Counted from the stretch's first letter, positions 12,522 through 28,242 are shown. The stretch: 64,000 bases of DNA from Octopus vulgaris (GCA_951406725.2 OX597830.1:7564001-7628000), one strand, 5' to 3'. Numbers and translations are program-made. The notes: generated by a model from the letters alone, not told the origin.

Positions 12522-13775
12522 TAAGGCTACGAGATGGCAGAATCGTTAGCACGCTGGGCGAAATGCGTAGCCGTATTTCGTCTGCCGCTACGTTCTGAGT
12601 TCAAATTCCGCCGAGGTCGACTTTGCCTTTTATCCTTTCGCGGTCGATAAACTAAGTACCAGTTACGCACTGGGGTCTATGTAATCGACTTAATTCGTTT
12701 GTCTGTCCTTGTTTGTCCCCTCTGTGTGTAGCCCCTTGTGGGTAATAAAGAAACATGTATAACCACGTTGTACGGGGATTAATATACATGAGATAGTAAG
12801 GCTACGAGATGGCAGAATCGTTAGCACGCAGGGCGAAATGCTTTGCGCCATTTCGTCCGTCTTTATGTTTTGAGTTCGTGATCGATTGACGAAATAATAC
12901 CAGTTGAACACGGAGGTCGACATAGTCGGCTTAGGCCCTCCCTCCAAAATTTCTGACATTTTTCCAAAATTTGAAACCAATACAAAATATAGTCCACTAT
13001 TATGTTAGATCCTAAGGCTGTGAGTTGGCAGAACCGTTTTCACGCAGGGCGAAATACTTGCGGTCTTCCGCCTCTCGCTACGTTCTGAGTTCAAATTCCG
13101 CCGAAGTCCACATTGCTATTCATCCTTTCGGGGTTGATAAATTAAGTACAAGTTGCGTACTGGAGTCGATCTAATCGACTGGCCCCCTCCCCCAAAATGT
13201 CAAACCTTGTGCCTAGAGTAGAAAAGAATAATGATTTCTGTTGTAATTGTATTAATTATATTGTATTAATTATTGTTATTGTTATTACTATTACTGAGCC
13301 GGTCAAAGTGCAAAGATGCATTCCGTCCATCTTTTCCTCTTGAGTTCACGTGCCGCTGAGGTGAACTTTGCCGTTCATTCTTTCGGCGTCTTTACGTTCT
13401 GAGATCACATTCCGCCGTGGTCCACTTTGCTTTTCATCCTTTCGGGGTCGATAAATTAAGTACAAGTTGCGTATTGGAGTTGATCTAATCGACTGGCCCT
13501 CTCCCCCAAAATGTCAGGCCTTGTGCCTAGAGTAGAAACGAGTATATAAGATCCTAAGGCAGCGAGCTGGCAGAACCGTTTGCACGTCGGGCGAAATACT
13601 CAGCAGCAATTCGTTCGTCTTCATTTTCTGAGTTCAAATTCCGCTGAGATCCACTTTACCTTTCATCCTTTCGGCGTCAATAAAACAAGTACCAGTTGCA
13701 TACTGGGGGTCGGTGTGGTCGACGTCCCCTCTTCCCCGAACTTGCAAGTCGTGTGCCAAAATTGGAAATTAATAC
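12522..13775 (+). mobile_element. Cluster of ~5 head-to-tail SINE family B copies
   Basis: Starts at ~12522, 12798, 13014, ~13295, 13556; each has the GGCAGAA head and/or the CATCCTTTCGGGGTCGATAAA domain. Confidence 0.85.
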
Positions 13776-14042
13776 GTAAGATATAATTCAATATAATATT
13801 TGGTCGCATTTACATTTCTCCCACCCCACCCTTCTTTCCCCATTCCTCTTCCTCTTCCTTTTCCTCTAAACCATCTTTCATCTAGCTACTTCATTTAATC
13901 TCATTTATCATCTCCCGTCCCCCTCTCTCTCCTTCTCCTACCTCATTATTTCTCTATCTTTCTCACCAACATATGTTCCATCTTTCTCTCTTTTTCTCTT
14001 TCTGTTTCTCTTCCTCTCTTCCTCTCCACCCCCTCTCTCTCT

Positions 14043-14114
<72 letters not shown>

Positions 14115-16593
14115 CTCAATCTTTCGCTCAATCTTTCTGGCTTTCCAAAACTTCATTATGCTATTGGCGTTGATGATAATGAAAATGATGATGATGATGA
14201 CGATTCAATTTCATGCAGTTTCGTTTTCTTAATCTCCTCCTCCCCGCCCTCTCTCTTTTCCTCTTTTCCTTTTCGTAAATCTTTATCCCTATCTTTCCCT
14301 CCACATTTCCTCCAATGGTAAATTTTCCAGTCAGTTCACCTTAATCTCTCTCTCTCTCTCATTCTCTATCATCTATCTATCTCTCTTTCTTTATATCCCT
14401 CTCACCACATATCTATTCCTGCCCTTCTCTCTCACATGTTCAATACAGAGATATACACACACGTTTTTTTTCTTTCTTTCTTTCTATATCTCCTTTAAAA
14501 AAAACAACGAGATATAAACCGGATGTTGTCGATGTCAAACCGGAACTAATCTCACTTGACCGAGAATTGCAAGCTGTACCGCAAGATTTCAAGATTTGAA
14601 CCGAGTTCCTTTTTTTAAAAAATACTCTTTTTGAAGTCTCTTATTCATTTATTCCTAAATATTCCATCGATAAATTCTGCCACTCCACGAATCCTTGAAG
14701 CAATGTCATCCGGTCGTCGAAATCACGGGAAATCGTGCAGAGAGGGTAAAGTTAGAAAATGGTGGACACAACCTAATCAAAAACGAAACAAACAAACAAA
14801 AACATTTTATCTAACGCTCTGTCATGTCTATTTGCTATTCAGATGATATTTTTCAATATTATTATACTAAGCACTAGAGCTGTATATCGGTCAATGACAT
14901 TGAATTTCTTTATTGCCCACAAGGGGCCAATTGGTCAATGACATTGGCAGAATTATTAGAATGGGTTCGGCAAGCTTCTTATATCATCCATGCAGGGTTT
15001 CGAGTTCAAATCTCGCCACAGGCATCTTTGGTTTCCCACCTTTTGATAAAATAAAGTAACAATCAAATATTACTATGGATATAACCAACAAACACTCGTT
15101 CTTGAAAATTTTTGTATTGCCCCTAAATTAGACACCATTTGTTTTTGGAAAATTCCATTTTACCTTACTGCTTTCGGTTAGTAATAACATTTTTATGGAT
15201 CTTTAAACACCAGAGAGAAGAGAAATTGATAAAATCTAGACCAAAAGGTATTGTATTCTGAAATGGTGTTTGTTTTAAGGATTTTGATATATAGATGCAG
15301 GTGTGGTAGTGCGGTAAGAAGTTTGCTCCTCATCCACATGATTTTGGGTTCTGTCCCACTATATTGTACTTTTACTATAGCCCTGGGTCGAGCAAAGCTT
15401 TGTGAGTGGATCTGGTAGACAGAAACTGAGAGAAGAAAATTGTATGTCTGTGTGTGTGGAAAACAAAGAAGTCACGTGTTGCTTAGAAAAAGTTTTAACG
15501 CCTTTTCGTTTTGCTGCTAAAAGAGTCCTTTTTTTTTCTTTGTATACACATACACACACACGCTCACATAGATATACATACACATATACACGCACACACA
15601 TACATACAGTTTTGTTTTAAAGATGCCAAATTAAACACGACTATGTTCAAATTTGAACGTTTTTTATTATCGTTTTTCCTATTTAAGTACCGGACTATGA
15701 CATCTTATTTGGAACAATAAAATTCCCAAATTCCTTTTTAGCGATTTTCAGGCTCAGTTTTAATATTCATCATGTTAAGTGGTATGAGCTACTGTGTTAC
15801 TATTTTAAAGTATTTGATTTAGGTTTAAATGTGTGTTTTTGCGTGTATACAATACCGGTATTTCAGACATGTTTTTCTCCCATTTTTTTTCTCTCTCAAC
15901 CTGTTTTCTTTTATCATTGTAGAAGAGCGAAAACTCGAAACGTCAAAAACATATTCCATTCTTTCTGGACCTCAGAAACTGATACAACCTGCTTGCTGTC
16001 CTTTCACAGGTCTCTGCTTCTTTCAAATTTATGTATTCTTTTATACGTGTGTATGTATGTATATGCATATATATTTTAGAAGGCGAGAAAACTAACATCA
16101 TCGCCTATGGGAAATCACGTGTCTGCTGTGAACTGTATAACCGAGAAACCGCTAAACCATCGTGACATCACAACATCACCCGCTAAATTAGAAACAATAA
16201 CCTACCCAGGAGTGCATGTACAAGCGGTCTGCCAATGGGGTATTCAACCACAACAGTATGAAGGCACATCATTATGTACATAGACATACACATATGCACA
16301 CATACAGAGATATACATGCAAATGCATACACATATATATATATATGTATGTCCGTGCGTGTCTGTGTATGTGTGTGTGTGTCTTTGTGTCTATATCTGTA
16401 TGTGTCTCACCACTGCTTGACAACCGGTGCTGGCGTTCTTTTTAAGTCTCCGTAACATAGTGATACGGCAAAAGATATCGATAAAATAAATACCATCTTT
16501 AAAAGCAAAATAAACAATAGCGTTGATTCATTCGACTTAGAATTCTTCAAAACGGTACCCCAACATGGCCACAGTCTAATGACTGGAACAACT

Positions 16594-16652
<59 letters not shown>

Positions 16653-17140
16653 GGTGATTGTCTATTCATTATACAGTGTTGACCACCTCCTGTACCTACA
16701 CCTTAGCACCATCATGGCATCTGAAGTGGCTTTTTAAACCAATGTTCCGAAAAGGCACCCACATAGATTGTACTTCTGATTTGGACCAATATTTGCAGAT
16801 AAGTTCTGCTCGTTGTGGATCTTAACATGTCTTTTGAGGCCTCCGTTGGATTTGCAAACCTTCTGTCATACACTACCTTCAAAGGTGTGCACAGACATAT
16901 AGGCAGAATAGTTTGTGGAGGTTAGTTTTCCATGTATATATATACACACATATATATATATTTATATATACATATGTATGTACGTATACATATATATATG
17001 TATGTATGTTTATATATATAAATATATATGTATGTATTTTTATTTATATATTTATATATATACCGGAGTAAACACACAAATGTGAAACAAGGCGGAAAAA
17101 AGAGTACTCAAATGCCAGTGGTAGAGTAATATGCTCTATT

Positions 17141-17172
<32 letters not shown>

Positions 17173-18618
17173 AATATGTATGTATATATATGTGCGTATA
17201 TATACATTAATATATGTGTGTGTATATAAACATTAATATATATTTGCACACAGTAATATACTGACGTGCTATTAGTAACTTTATGTACCAGCTACAAAAT
17301 AGCAAAAGACTCTCCATTGTCACAAGAGATCATCATTTCTCTATTTACTATATTCAATCGTCTAATACAATTGTTTGTTGTTGTTCTTACTGTTGCTGTT
17401 GCTTGTTTTGTTGTTGTTGTTGTTTCTTCATGGAAACCATGTTATTATCTATAAAGACAAGAAGGAGAAGAGGAGAGAGATAGAGAGAGAGAGGGGAAAA
17501 AACGAAGAGAAAGGAAGACTACGAAATGATAGAACATAACATGTGAACATAATATTTGCTTAAAGAGCTAATAATGTAATATCATATTATTATAAACAGC
17601 CACAACACCAGTAATAATAGTAACTACTACTACAACAACAACAACAACAACGAGAAAAAGAAAGAAGACAACGGTGAGGCAGACGGGGAAGACGAAACAA
17701 ACGAAGATATGGTAGCAATGAAATCTAAAGAGAAAAGGAAGATAAAAAAAAGAAGTAAATATACATATAGAGAGAGGAAAATAAAATTATATGGAAGAAA
17801 ATTTACCATACAATCTTCTTATCAAGAATAGGAACGAAAATCTATGAAATTAGACGATTGGTTAAGCGTCCATTAAATCATTTAGCAATCAACAGTCACT
17901 TAAACAAGCAAATTGCACACACATTACAGACTTATTATATTGGAATATCAGCAGCAGTTACATTAGTAACTGTTGGAGTGGTAGTAGGAGTAGTAGGACT
18001 ATCAGTGGTTGCATTTGTTGTTGTGGTTGGTAGTGGTTGTGGTGGTTGTGGTGGTGGTGGTTGTGGTAGTGGTGGTGTTGTTGTTACAGTTATAGTATCT
18101 GTACAGCACTTCATTGAAGTGTGTCAGCGTCCAAGAGGAGCCGATAAACACATCGCGAACGAACGTAGGGAAAGTGGCTCTTCTTCTGCATGTTTTATGG
18201 CGTTGAACGATGGACCTGCTGATTGGAGCGATGAGAAACAAAGAAACAAACAAACAAGCAAATAAAGAAGGAACACGAGGCATGTTCTGGAACAAATTCT
18301 GGATGGATCTGGAAGCCCTACGCTTCCACCAATCCTCTGGTTTTAATTAATGGTGTCACCAAATATATTTGACTCTGTCATTGTTTTATCCAGGATGTAG
18401 AACCTTGAAAAAACTAATCAACTTCGGACGAAATCATTCGGTCTTCTGTAATTAGCAGCAAAGGATTTCCACGGGAAATCCCATCGGATTATTAAAAGAA
18501 AAACAGCAAGATTATTCTATATTTATACTGCCAACTGAAGCCGACAGTTGAAGCCAACCACTTAAGCTGACCACACCGAGGGATCAGACATCCGATGAGA
18601 AGATCATCACCACATTTG

Positions 18619-18676
<58 letters not shown>

Positions 18677-19549
18677 CATATATAAGTGTATATATATATA
18701 TATATTCCATATATAAGTGACTGATATCAATTAAGACTATCATTTGATATTATTAATCAATGTTTTCAGTTCTCCATTTCATGGTCTTACATCATTCCGA
18801 GACAAAGTGCATAAAGAATTCAAAGGAGGAATTATTGATTAAGAATCGATGAAGGGCAAAGATGAAGGATTTCGGAGTTTGGTACAAAATCCAAATGTGT
18901 CAGTATGGAAGATTCCCTGAAGACAAAAAATGGTTAGCAATGTCCCCTGATATTATTGGCTGCTGCTCGCAGCCGTACAGCTGCACAACGCAAATGAGCA
19001 CTGGGTATATGCAAATTTGTGAGGATGCTTGGGTATTTGACCAAGGCTAAATCTAGCTCTGAGGACGAGAAACTGCGACGCGCAGACGGATGATGTGCAT
19101 AGCTGTATCGTCTTCAATCTGGCCCATGGAAACAAGTTGCAGAAAACGACCGATACTCTCAGAATCCAGCTATTGAAAGTATAACGGTAAATCTTTCTGA
19201 GAAGAAGGTGCTAACGTTGGCAGAGTTGGTTTTTATACATGACACCCATACATATGAAAATACTCAGTTTCTGATTAGACAAACACGTTGGTGCCACAAA
19301 TTATTATGGAACTGTGAAACAGTCTCCACAGTTTTAAAACGAAGACCACATTTTAATTGAAAGATCATCATATAGTCGGGCGTAGCGAAAAGATTCAGGT
19401 GCAAAAAGATGTGATCGATTTTGATTCGATCATCTACATTTTCATTACACATTTCAGGAGACTCACCAATCAGTTTCATTCAGGAGTATCACTAATCAAG
19501 TTCAGCAGTATTATCATCCTGTTTTTTTTTGTTGTCATGTTATTAACGA

Positions 19550-19755
19550 TGCCGTTGGCAGTATAATGAGCACGCCGGGCAAAATGCTTAGCGGCATTTG
19601 TCCGTCTTTAGTTTCTGAGGTCAAATTCCGCCGAGGGGCGAATTTGCATTTCATTCTTTCGGGGTCGATAAAATAAGTACCAGTTGTGCACTGGGGTCGA
19701 TATAATCGACTTAGATCTTCCATCGAACTTGCTGTCCTTGCACCAAAATCTGGTG
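19550..19755 (+). mobile_element. SINE family B
   Basis: GCACGCCGGGCAAAATGCTTAGCGG...TTTCGGGGTCGATAAAATAAGTACCAG. Confidence 0.85.
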
Positions 19756-19884
19756 TGGTTATGATGTTCCTTGTGAATGATGTCAGTGTTGCTATGGTGA
19801 TCGTGACACTGGGTTGCTAAGTTACAAAGACGATGGTGATCTACATTATGATGATGATGATCATCGTTCCTCTGTTACTCCTAT

Positions 19885-19970
<86 letters not shown>

Positions 19971-20079
19971 ACATACATACGAGTGAGGGGACAAACGAAA
20001 CAAGTTCGCTCAACACACTTATTGGGAGTTACATGTATAAATCAAAAGAGTTTGATTCAAACTCCATAGTACTCTGAGC

Positions 20080-20117
<38 letters not shown>

Positions 20118-20118
<1 letters not shown>

Positions 20119-20418
20119 AGGCGCATGGCTCAGTGGTTGGCGCGACGAGCTTGCGATCGTGAGATTGTAAGTTCGATTCCCGGACCGGGCTGCGTGTTGT
20201 GTTCTTGAGCAAGACACTTTATTTCACGTTGCTCCAGTTAACTCAGCTGTAGAAATGTATTGCGACATAAGCGGTGCCTTTGCCTTTCCCATGGATAACA
20301 TCGGTCGCGTGGAGACGGGCAACTACTGGACTTCCATAAACAATCTTGCTCGGACTTGTGCCTCGTGGGGTAACTTTCTAGGTGCAATCCCATGGTCATT
20401 TATGACCGAAGGGGGTTT

Positions 20419-20420
<2 letters not shown>
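20118..20420 (+). mobile_element. tRNA-derived SINE family D
   Basis: GGCGCATGGCTCAGTGGTT (A box), GTTCGATTCCC (B box), CTTGAGCAAGACACTT; inserted within (TA)n. Confidence 0.85.
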
Positions 20421-20484
<64 letters not shown>

Positions 20485-20883
20485 GAAAAGTCTTCTTTCA
20501 GTTTCCGTCTAACAGATCCACTAACAAGTCTTTAGTCGGCTCGAGTCTATAGTAGCCCAAAGTGCTTCGCAATGGGACTGAACCGGGAAACTTTTGGTTT
20601 GGAAGCAAACTTCTTACCCAGGAATACGCGACTTATTTGCTGTCCCTTGAAGAAATTCTTCCAGGTGTCTTTCGAAGGTAATAGGATACTTCTCCTGTTT
20701 TATTTGCTTTGGGGTAATATGAAACAGGGGAGTGCCTGTTTAGGGGAGAGATATCTTCATGAATATGCGTGGGTGTGTGGTGGTTGTATATATGTGTAAG
20801 TGTCTATGTATGTGTACATGTGTATACAAGAAGTTGAAAAAATATATATGGCTATTGGCTGTTTATTCAGCATTTGTACATCT

Positions 20884-20982
20884 ATTGTGTATACGGGTGT
20901 TATACTCAGGGGCATCCATTGTGTATACGGGTGTTATACTCAGGGGCATCCATTGTGTATACGGGTGTTATACTCAGGGGCA
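20884..20982. repeat. 34-bp minisatellite, ~3 copies
   Basis: ATTGTGTATACGGGTGTTATACTCAGGGGCATCC at 20884, 20918, 20952. Confidence 0.95.
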
Positions 20983-21151
20983 GACCACTCGGGACTCCCT
21001 TTGCAATTCCGCTGATGAAGCTATCACATGTTCATTGATTTTTCACTCCACTCTGTCTAAGAAAGACAGTGTCTGTCTGTACGTACAGCGGACTAATTTC
21101 TGTGTGGCTTTTGTGTGTGTATGCGTGTGTGTGTATATATATGTATATATG

Positions 21152-21252
<101 letters not shown>

Positions 21253-21331
21253 TTGTCTATGAAGGTAGGATTTACAATAAGAGATCTGAAAGAAACAGCA
21301 AAATTGCGAGAAACATGCAGCAACAGCAGTG

Positions 21332-21388
<57 letters not shown>

Positions 21389-21610
21389 ATTGCTTTAACT
21401 AGAGTTGATTGATGATGATAATGATGGCGGTGATGATGAGTAAGAGGAGGAGGATGGTGATGATGATGATGATGATGATGATGAAGATGAAGAAGTTAAA
21501 GGAGAGAGAGGTGAAGCAACAGTATTAATAAAAATAAAAAAAATACGCCAAATTAATGATGCAGAAAAAAAGAAATACAGTTTTCGATTTAACACACAAA
21601 ATCACATAAT

Positions 21611-21664
<54 letters not shown>

Positions 21665-21938
21665 TAAACCTGTACGCATGTGCGTATGTATCCGTACAAG
21701 CACACATAAATATATATATATATACGCACTCATACATACATACACACATACATACATGCATACATATAGATATCCCGACACCTATTTTGATTGTGTATAT
21801 AATACTTCATACGTGCGTATGCGTATGGATATATATAAATACATGCTTAGATATGCATAAATTTATATATGCTCATACGTGTATACGTATGTGTACGTGT
21901 ATTTGTGCATATGTCTATACACATATGTCGAGCGTGTG

Positions 21939-22006
<68 letters not shown>

Positions 22007-22171
22007 TGTAAACAACGCAAAAAATATATGTAAAAGAAAAAAGATTACAGTTTCAAAATGCAAAGAAAAAGAAGACAGAATAAATTAAATAAAGCAGGTA
22101 CCTGCGTATGTATATATAGATATGTGTGTGTATGTACAATCACACACATACGCACGCACACATACATGCTT

Positions 22172-22250
<79 letters not shown>

Positions 22251-22291
22251 CACACACACATACATATATATAAAATATAAATATATATATT

Positions 22292-22351
<60 letters not shown>

Positions 22352-22584
22352 TATATATATGTATGTATCTATTCGTATGTATGTGCTACAAAATGTACAA
22401 AATAGAAAAAAAATGAGTTGAATGAAAATTCATCCTTGATTGAACTTTCTTTAAAGCGAAAATGAATGAAAAATGAAAAAAAAATACGCCGAATAGGAAG
22501 AAAAAGTGATGAAGTATAATATGAATGAGTGCGAGATGATATAAGGAAAGAAAAGAAGGATGGAAAGATGGAAAGAATGAATGA

Positions 22585-22632
<48 letters not shown>

Positions 22633-23494
22633 AAAATGAAAGAAAGAAAGAGAAATAGAGAAAGAAAGAATGCGTGTATGTGTATATAGTGAGGGAAAAC
22701 GCGGGAAAATGCGATCAGCTAGAAATCAAAAGAAAAAATGATATTCGCATAAAAAAATACATATGAAAATAGAAGAAAATAGAAAAATGAAGAAAGAAAA
22801 AAGAAGAATATAAATTTAAAAAATGCAAGCAAAATCCTTTTCTTTCATTTTTCCATTTTTTTTTTCGTTTTTGGTTCCACAAAGATTCAAAGAAATCAAA
22901 AAGGAGAGGAAATTTTTTTTTTTTGCTTTTTTCTTCGTTTTGTAATTTGTCTTGTTATTGTTCCTTCCTCCCCTCCATCCTTTCTTCATCTTATTATTAT
23001 TGTTGTTGTTGTTGCTGTATTAGTTGAAGTAGGTGGCGCTGCCTTCGAAGAGTGCCATCGTTTAGTCTGGCGGGTTGGGTCTTTCTTACGTGGTTGTGTA
23101 GCGTTGTGTGAGGTGCTGTGTCTGCGGTGCAGTCGTGACGGTGTGTAGTGGCAGAGCCTCTAGTTGTTCTTGGCAAAGAATTGGTAAAGGACGGGGGTTG
23201 AGATCTAGAAGGGAATTCAGTTTTTAGCTGGTGTGTGATTAAGATAAAAGAGCTTAAAATTGTTAGGTGCGTATATGGGATACGGAGTGATAAGGGGGGA
23301 AAAGAGTATGTGTGTGTATGTGTGCGTGTGTGTGTGTGTGTGTGGCATAGAGGGAAATAGGGTGAGAGAAAGGGAGAGACAAAGATAGAAAGATAGAGTC
23401 GGAGATATAAAAAGGATAGGAAGTGGAAAATTGTGTAAATGTATAGAGAGCGAAAGAAATGTGAGAGATACAGAGTGTCTGTGAGTTTCTATTG

Positions 23495-23533
<39 letters not shown>

Positions 23534-23739
23534 GAGAGAGAGAGAGTGAGATAGATAGATAAACAGATAGACATACATATATGTATGTCTATATATATAC
23601 AAATATATATATATGTATATATATATGTATATATATATATATATATGTATATACATATATATATATGTATATACATATATATACATATATATATGTATAT
23701 ATATATATATATGTATATACATATATATATATATATATG

Positions 23740-23811
<72 letters not shown>

Positions 23812-24098
23812 CGTACGTACATACACACATACATAATAGCCTATATTATGAAGCGTTATTGTGGATTAAAAAGATGTAAACAGGGACGGAATCCCCTGAC
23901 AAACCGTTTGAGGTTTGTTGAACGCTCCTAAGAGAAATCTGTACCCACCTTCTCTCCCAAATCAACCCCTATATATATATGTGTGTTTGTGTGTGTGTAT
24001 CCTCATATACGTAGTTATATTGTTTATATATAAGACATTTCATTCATAATCATTAACCAGAGAAAATCTATTTTATTTCGATTATGTTTCTCTGGGAC

Positions 24099-24148
<50 letters not shown>

Positions 24149-24799
24149 TTGTGACAGCCCTGTACACGATATTCATATGTATATCTCCTATTCACTGAAT
24201 CATCCTTCAAAATTCTCTATAACCTTGTGAATGTTAAGCTTACATTAAACAGTCCACACTTTCTTACCTCAATTTCACAATTTTCCGTTACTTGTACACT
24301 CTTTCACCTCGTGATCCTCACAAAAGATACTCGACTTTTTGAACGAATATTTCGTTATTTTCTTATTTTCCAATCGGTATCAATGATTTTATTTTAACTT
24401 TACAACAGTAACACCGCTTTTAAATAATTGTCACGTACCCCGCTTTTTTTTATTTCAAAGAATCTTTTCACAATGCCTCCGAGTTTGGCGGAACGGATTT
24501 TTGGAAAGAATCCCCAAACCGGAGACATGTCCCAAATCCCTGCAACAGGATAGACTGCACGAAATCATTCGCAGGTGCCATTAGGTGCTAATAGACCGGC
24601 AGCAGACTACTGGTTGAAGTCTACTCATGCGTATGCCATGATGAAATTGAAAGTCAGAACGTTAGATCGAGGTATGGAGTCCGACATTCTTACATTTCAA
24701 CATCGGCTCCAAAAGGATCAAAGACAAAGTTGACCACGGTAGGAGTTGAACTCAGAATGTAGCGGAAAGCAGAACTACGGCAAAGTTTCCGAGTCGGCA

Positions 24800-25185
24800 A
24801 AAACGTTAGCACGCCGGACGAAATGCTTAGCGATATTTCGTCTGTCTTTACGTTCCGAGTTCAAATTCCGCCGAGGTCGACTTTGCCTTTCATCCTTTCG
24901 GGGTCGATAAATTAAGTACCAGTAGTGTACTGGGGTCGATCTCATTGACTAGCCCCTCCCCCAAAATTTCAGGCCTTGTGCCTAGCGTAGAAAAGATTAT
25001 TAAGATTAATCCATGCGGCGAGCTGGCAGAGATGTTCTAAGTTCAAATTCCGCCGAAGTCAACTTTGCCTTTCATCTCTTCGGGGTCGATAAAATAAGTA
25101 CCAGTTGCGTACTGGGCTCGATCTAATCGACTGGCCCCCTTCCCCAAATTTTCGGGCCTTATGCCTAGAGCAGTAAAGGATATTT
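24800..25185 (+). mobile_element. Two tandem SINE family B copies
   Basis: GAGTTCAAATTCCGCCGAGGTCGACTTTGCCTTTCATCCTTTCGGGGTCGAT present twice (second diverged). Confidence 0.88.
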
Positions 25186-25856
25186 TCGTTATTGTTTAAC
25201 CAAAACTCGTACAGATCCTGCATATCTATGATCAAGCTTATTTTTCTTATTCGGACATATTGCATCCAGAATGTCATTATCTTATATAAAATGTACTCCT
25301 TCCATTTTTGTATCCTACGAATACTTTTATCTCACTTCACCGTCTTTTCTATTTCTTCTCCTCGCCTTTTATGCAATCCGCTCCCCCCCCTCACACAAAT
25401 TGTAGACGTTCCTTGTAATGTCACCAATCTTCTATGCCCTTGTGGCTAATAAAAGAAATCATTATTATTCTTTTAACTCACAAAGTCTTGCAGGATTCAC
25501 GGGATTTTTCTAAATGCTAGAATTGTGTTTTGGTTGAGGTTCGTCTATTATCTCTAGTAAATGAAACCCTCGCATAAAGACCGCCACCCGCGCTTCGTTT
25601 CATTATTTGTGTGTTTAATATTTCGTCTGTGATCAACCCTGGTGGATGGTGTAAAGGTACGGCTAAGAATCATTCTTATTATCGTTGCTTAATAGGGCAG
25701 TGTGGATATGAGGGAGATATGACTGCTATTTCTTGCAGGTTGAATGGCCAGTTTGATACTTCGCTGTTAGTCGCTTATTCGGGAACGGTGGAGAGGGAAA
25801 GAGATGAAGGAATGGAGTGGAAGACAACAGGATATTGGTTGGATGGGTTAGTGTGT

Positions 25857-25889
<33 letters not shown>

Positions 25890-26258
25890 AGAATTGGGGA
25901 GTTTAGATGAGGAGAAAAGAAGGAAAATGAAATCGTGGTGGTTTTGGTGGTGGTGGTGATGATGATGATGAGGAAGGGGAGGAGGATGAAAGTATAAAAG
26001 TCCGAAAATAACAGAAATATTAATCATCGTCAAGATCTTTCTCGTAACCCTCATCATCAACACTCTCATCATCATCATCATCATCATCATTAACATCATC
26101 GTCGTTGTTATCGTCATGAACACCATCATCATCATCATCATCATCAATATCCTCATTACCATCATTATCACTATCATCATCATTACAATCATCATCTCCA
26201 CTGTCATCTTCAGTGTTACCATCATCGTCATCGTAATCATAGTCGTTATCATCATCAC

Positions 26259-26308
<50 letters not shown>

Positions 26309-26383
26309 CCACCACGACCATCATCCAGACCACCATTCAGACCACCAACAGCAGTTGATAATAACAATATCAACAGCAGCAAT

Positions 26384-26464
<81 letters not shown>

Positions 26465-26975
26465 ATTAGCAAGAACTACTGCAACAGCAAAAACTATTAC
26501 TGTAACACCATCACCAACAGCATGACCACCACCACCGACAACAACAGCAGTAACAACTGCTGTTAATAAGTGAAAATAGGAGGAAATCTAGCGAACATAA
26601 AAACAAAATGTCTGAATTGGCAATATTTTTACGAAGATTGAGTGGAACATTTGGCATTTGTCACAAAACTTAACGATACAATAATTAATTGACGGCTTTT
26701 ATAACTTGGGTTATATCATCTCTCACTATTTATCTCTTTTTCTCTCCCTCTCTCTCTCTCTCTCTCACTCCCTCGGTTTTTCTCTCTTTCTACTGCTGTC
26801 TCTGTCTTTCTTTACCGCGCTCTCCCTCTTTCTCTCCCTCTCTTTCGCTTTTAAATCTTCCTTATCTCCTTATATATCCATCACCGTCTCTGCTTTGTCT
26901 TCGCGGCCCCTTTAATCCTATGTCTTCCTCTATACCCATCTCTTCCAGCTTCTCCTTCGAACTTTCTTTCTCACT

Positions 26976-27009
<34 letters not shown>

Positions 27010-27324
27010 ATCTATCTATCTATCTATCTATCTTGCGGTTCAGTCCCTCTCTCTCATTTTACTGCCTCTCTTTTCTCTCTCCCTTGTTTCTGTCTGTCTC
27101 TCTCTTTCTCTCTCTCTCCATCTCTCTCTCCTTCCCTCTCTCTCTCCTTCCCTCTCTCTCCCTCTCCCTCTCTCGCTCTCTCCGTCTTCTAAGGACTGGA
27201 GAAAGACATGTGCGCAGAATGAGTTCTTTTTTGATATAGTCTCATATATTCTGTTTTTCTACTTCATCTTATTCGCCCTCTGTCTGTCTGTCTGTCTGTA
27301 TGTCTGTCTGTCTGTATGTCTGTC

Positions 27325-27371
<47 letters not shown>

Positions 27372-27500
27372 ATGCATCTATCTATGCATGTATTTGTGCA
27401 TGTATACATGTATGTATATGCATGTATGAATGTATATATTTATGTATGAATGCATGTATGTATGTATGTGTGAATGTATGTATGTGTGTATGTATGTACG

Positions 27501-27534
<34 letters not shown>

Positions 27535-28210
27535 TGTATGTATGTATGTATGTATGTATGTATGTATGTATGTATGTATGTGTGTATGTGTGTGTGTATG
27601 TATGTATGAATGTATATATATATGTATGAATGTATGTATGTATGAATGTATGTATGAATGTATGTGTGTGTATGTGTCTATGTATGAATGAATGTATGTA
27701 GGTATGTATGAATGTACGTATGTATGTGTATGTGTGTATGTATGTATGCATGTATGTGTATGTATATATGTATGTATGTATGCATGTATGTATGTATGTA
27801 TGTATGTATGTATGTATGTGTACGTGTGTGTATGTTCATATACATACACACACATATATACTATATATATATATGCATACATATATACATATATATATAG
27901 GGAGAGAGAGAGAAAGAAACGTGTGTGTATGTGTATATATATATATGTGTGTGTGTGTGTGCGTGTATGTGTGTGTGTGTGTTTGTGTCTGTGTATGTGC
28001 GTGTGTGTGTTTGTGTGTGTGTGTGTATGAATATAAATACACACACAAACACGAATACACTTGTGTGTGTGTGTATACACGATTGTGTTTTTGAAAATTT
28101 CTCTCTTTCACTGTGACACTTCTTCCCCCTCTCTCTCTCCCTCTCTTTTTCTTTCCTTCTCTACCGCCTTCTACATCTCCCTCCTTCCCTTTACTTTATC
28201 TCTCTCCCAC

Positions 28211-28242
<32 letters not shown>

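Noticed and set aside
14510-14600. Short frame YKPDVVDVKPELISLDRELQAVPQDFKI* after a pyrimidine tract
   Set aside because: Weak GAG acceptor, 28 aa, unrecognised
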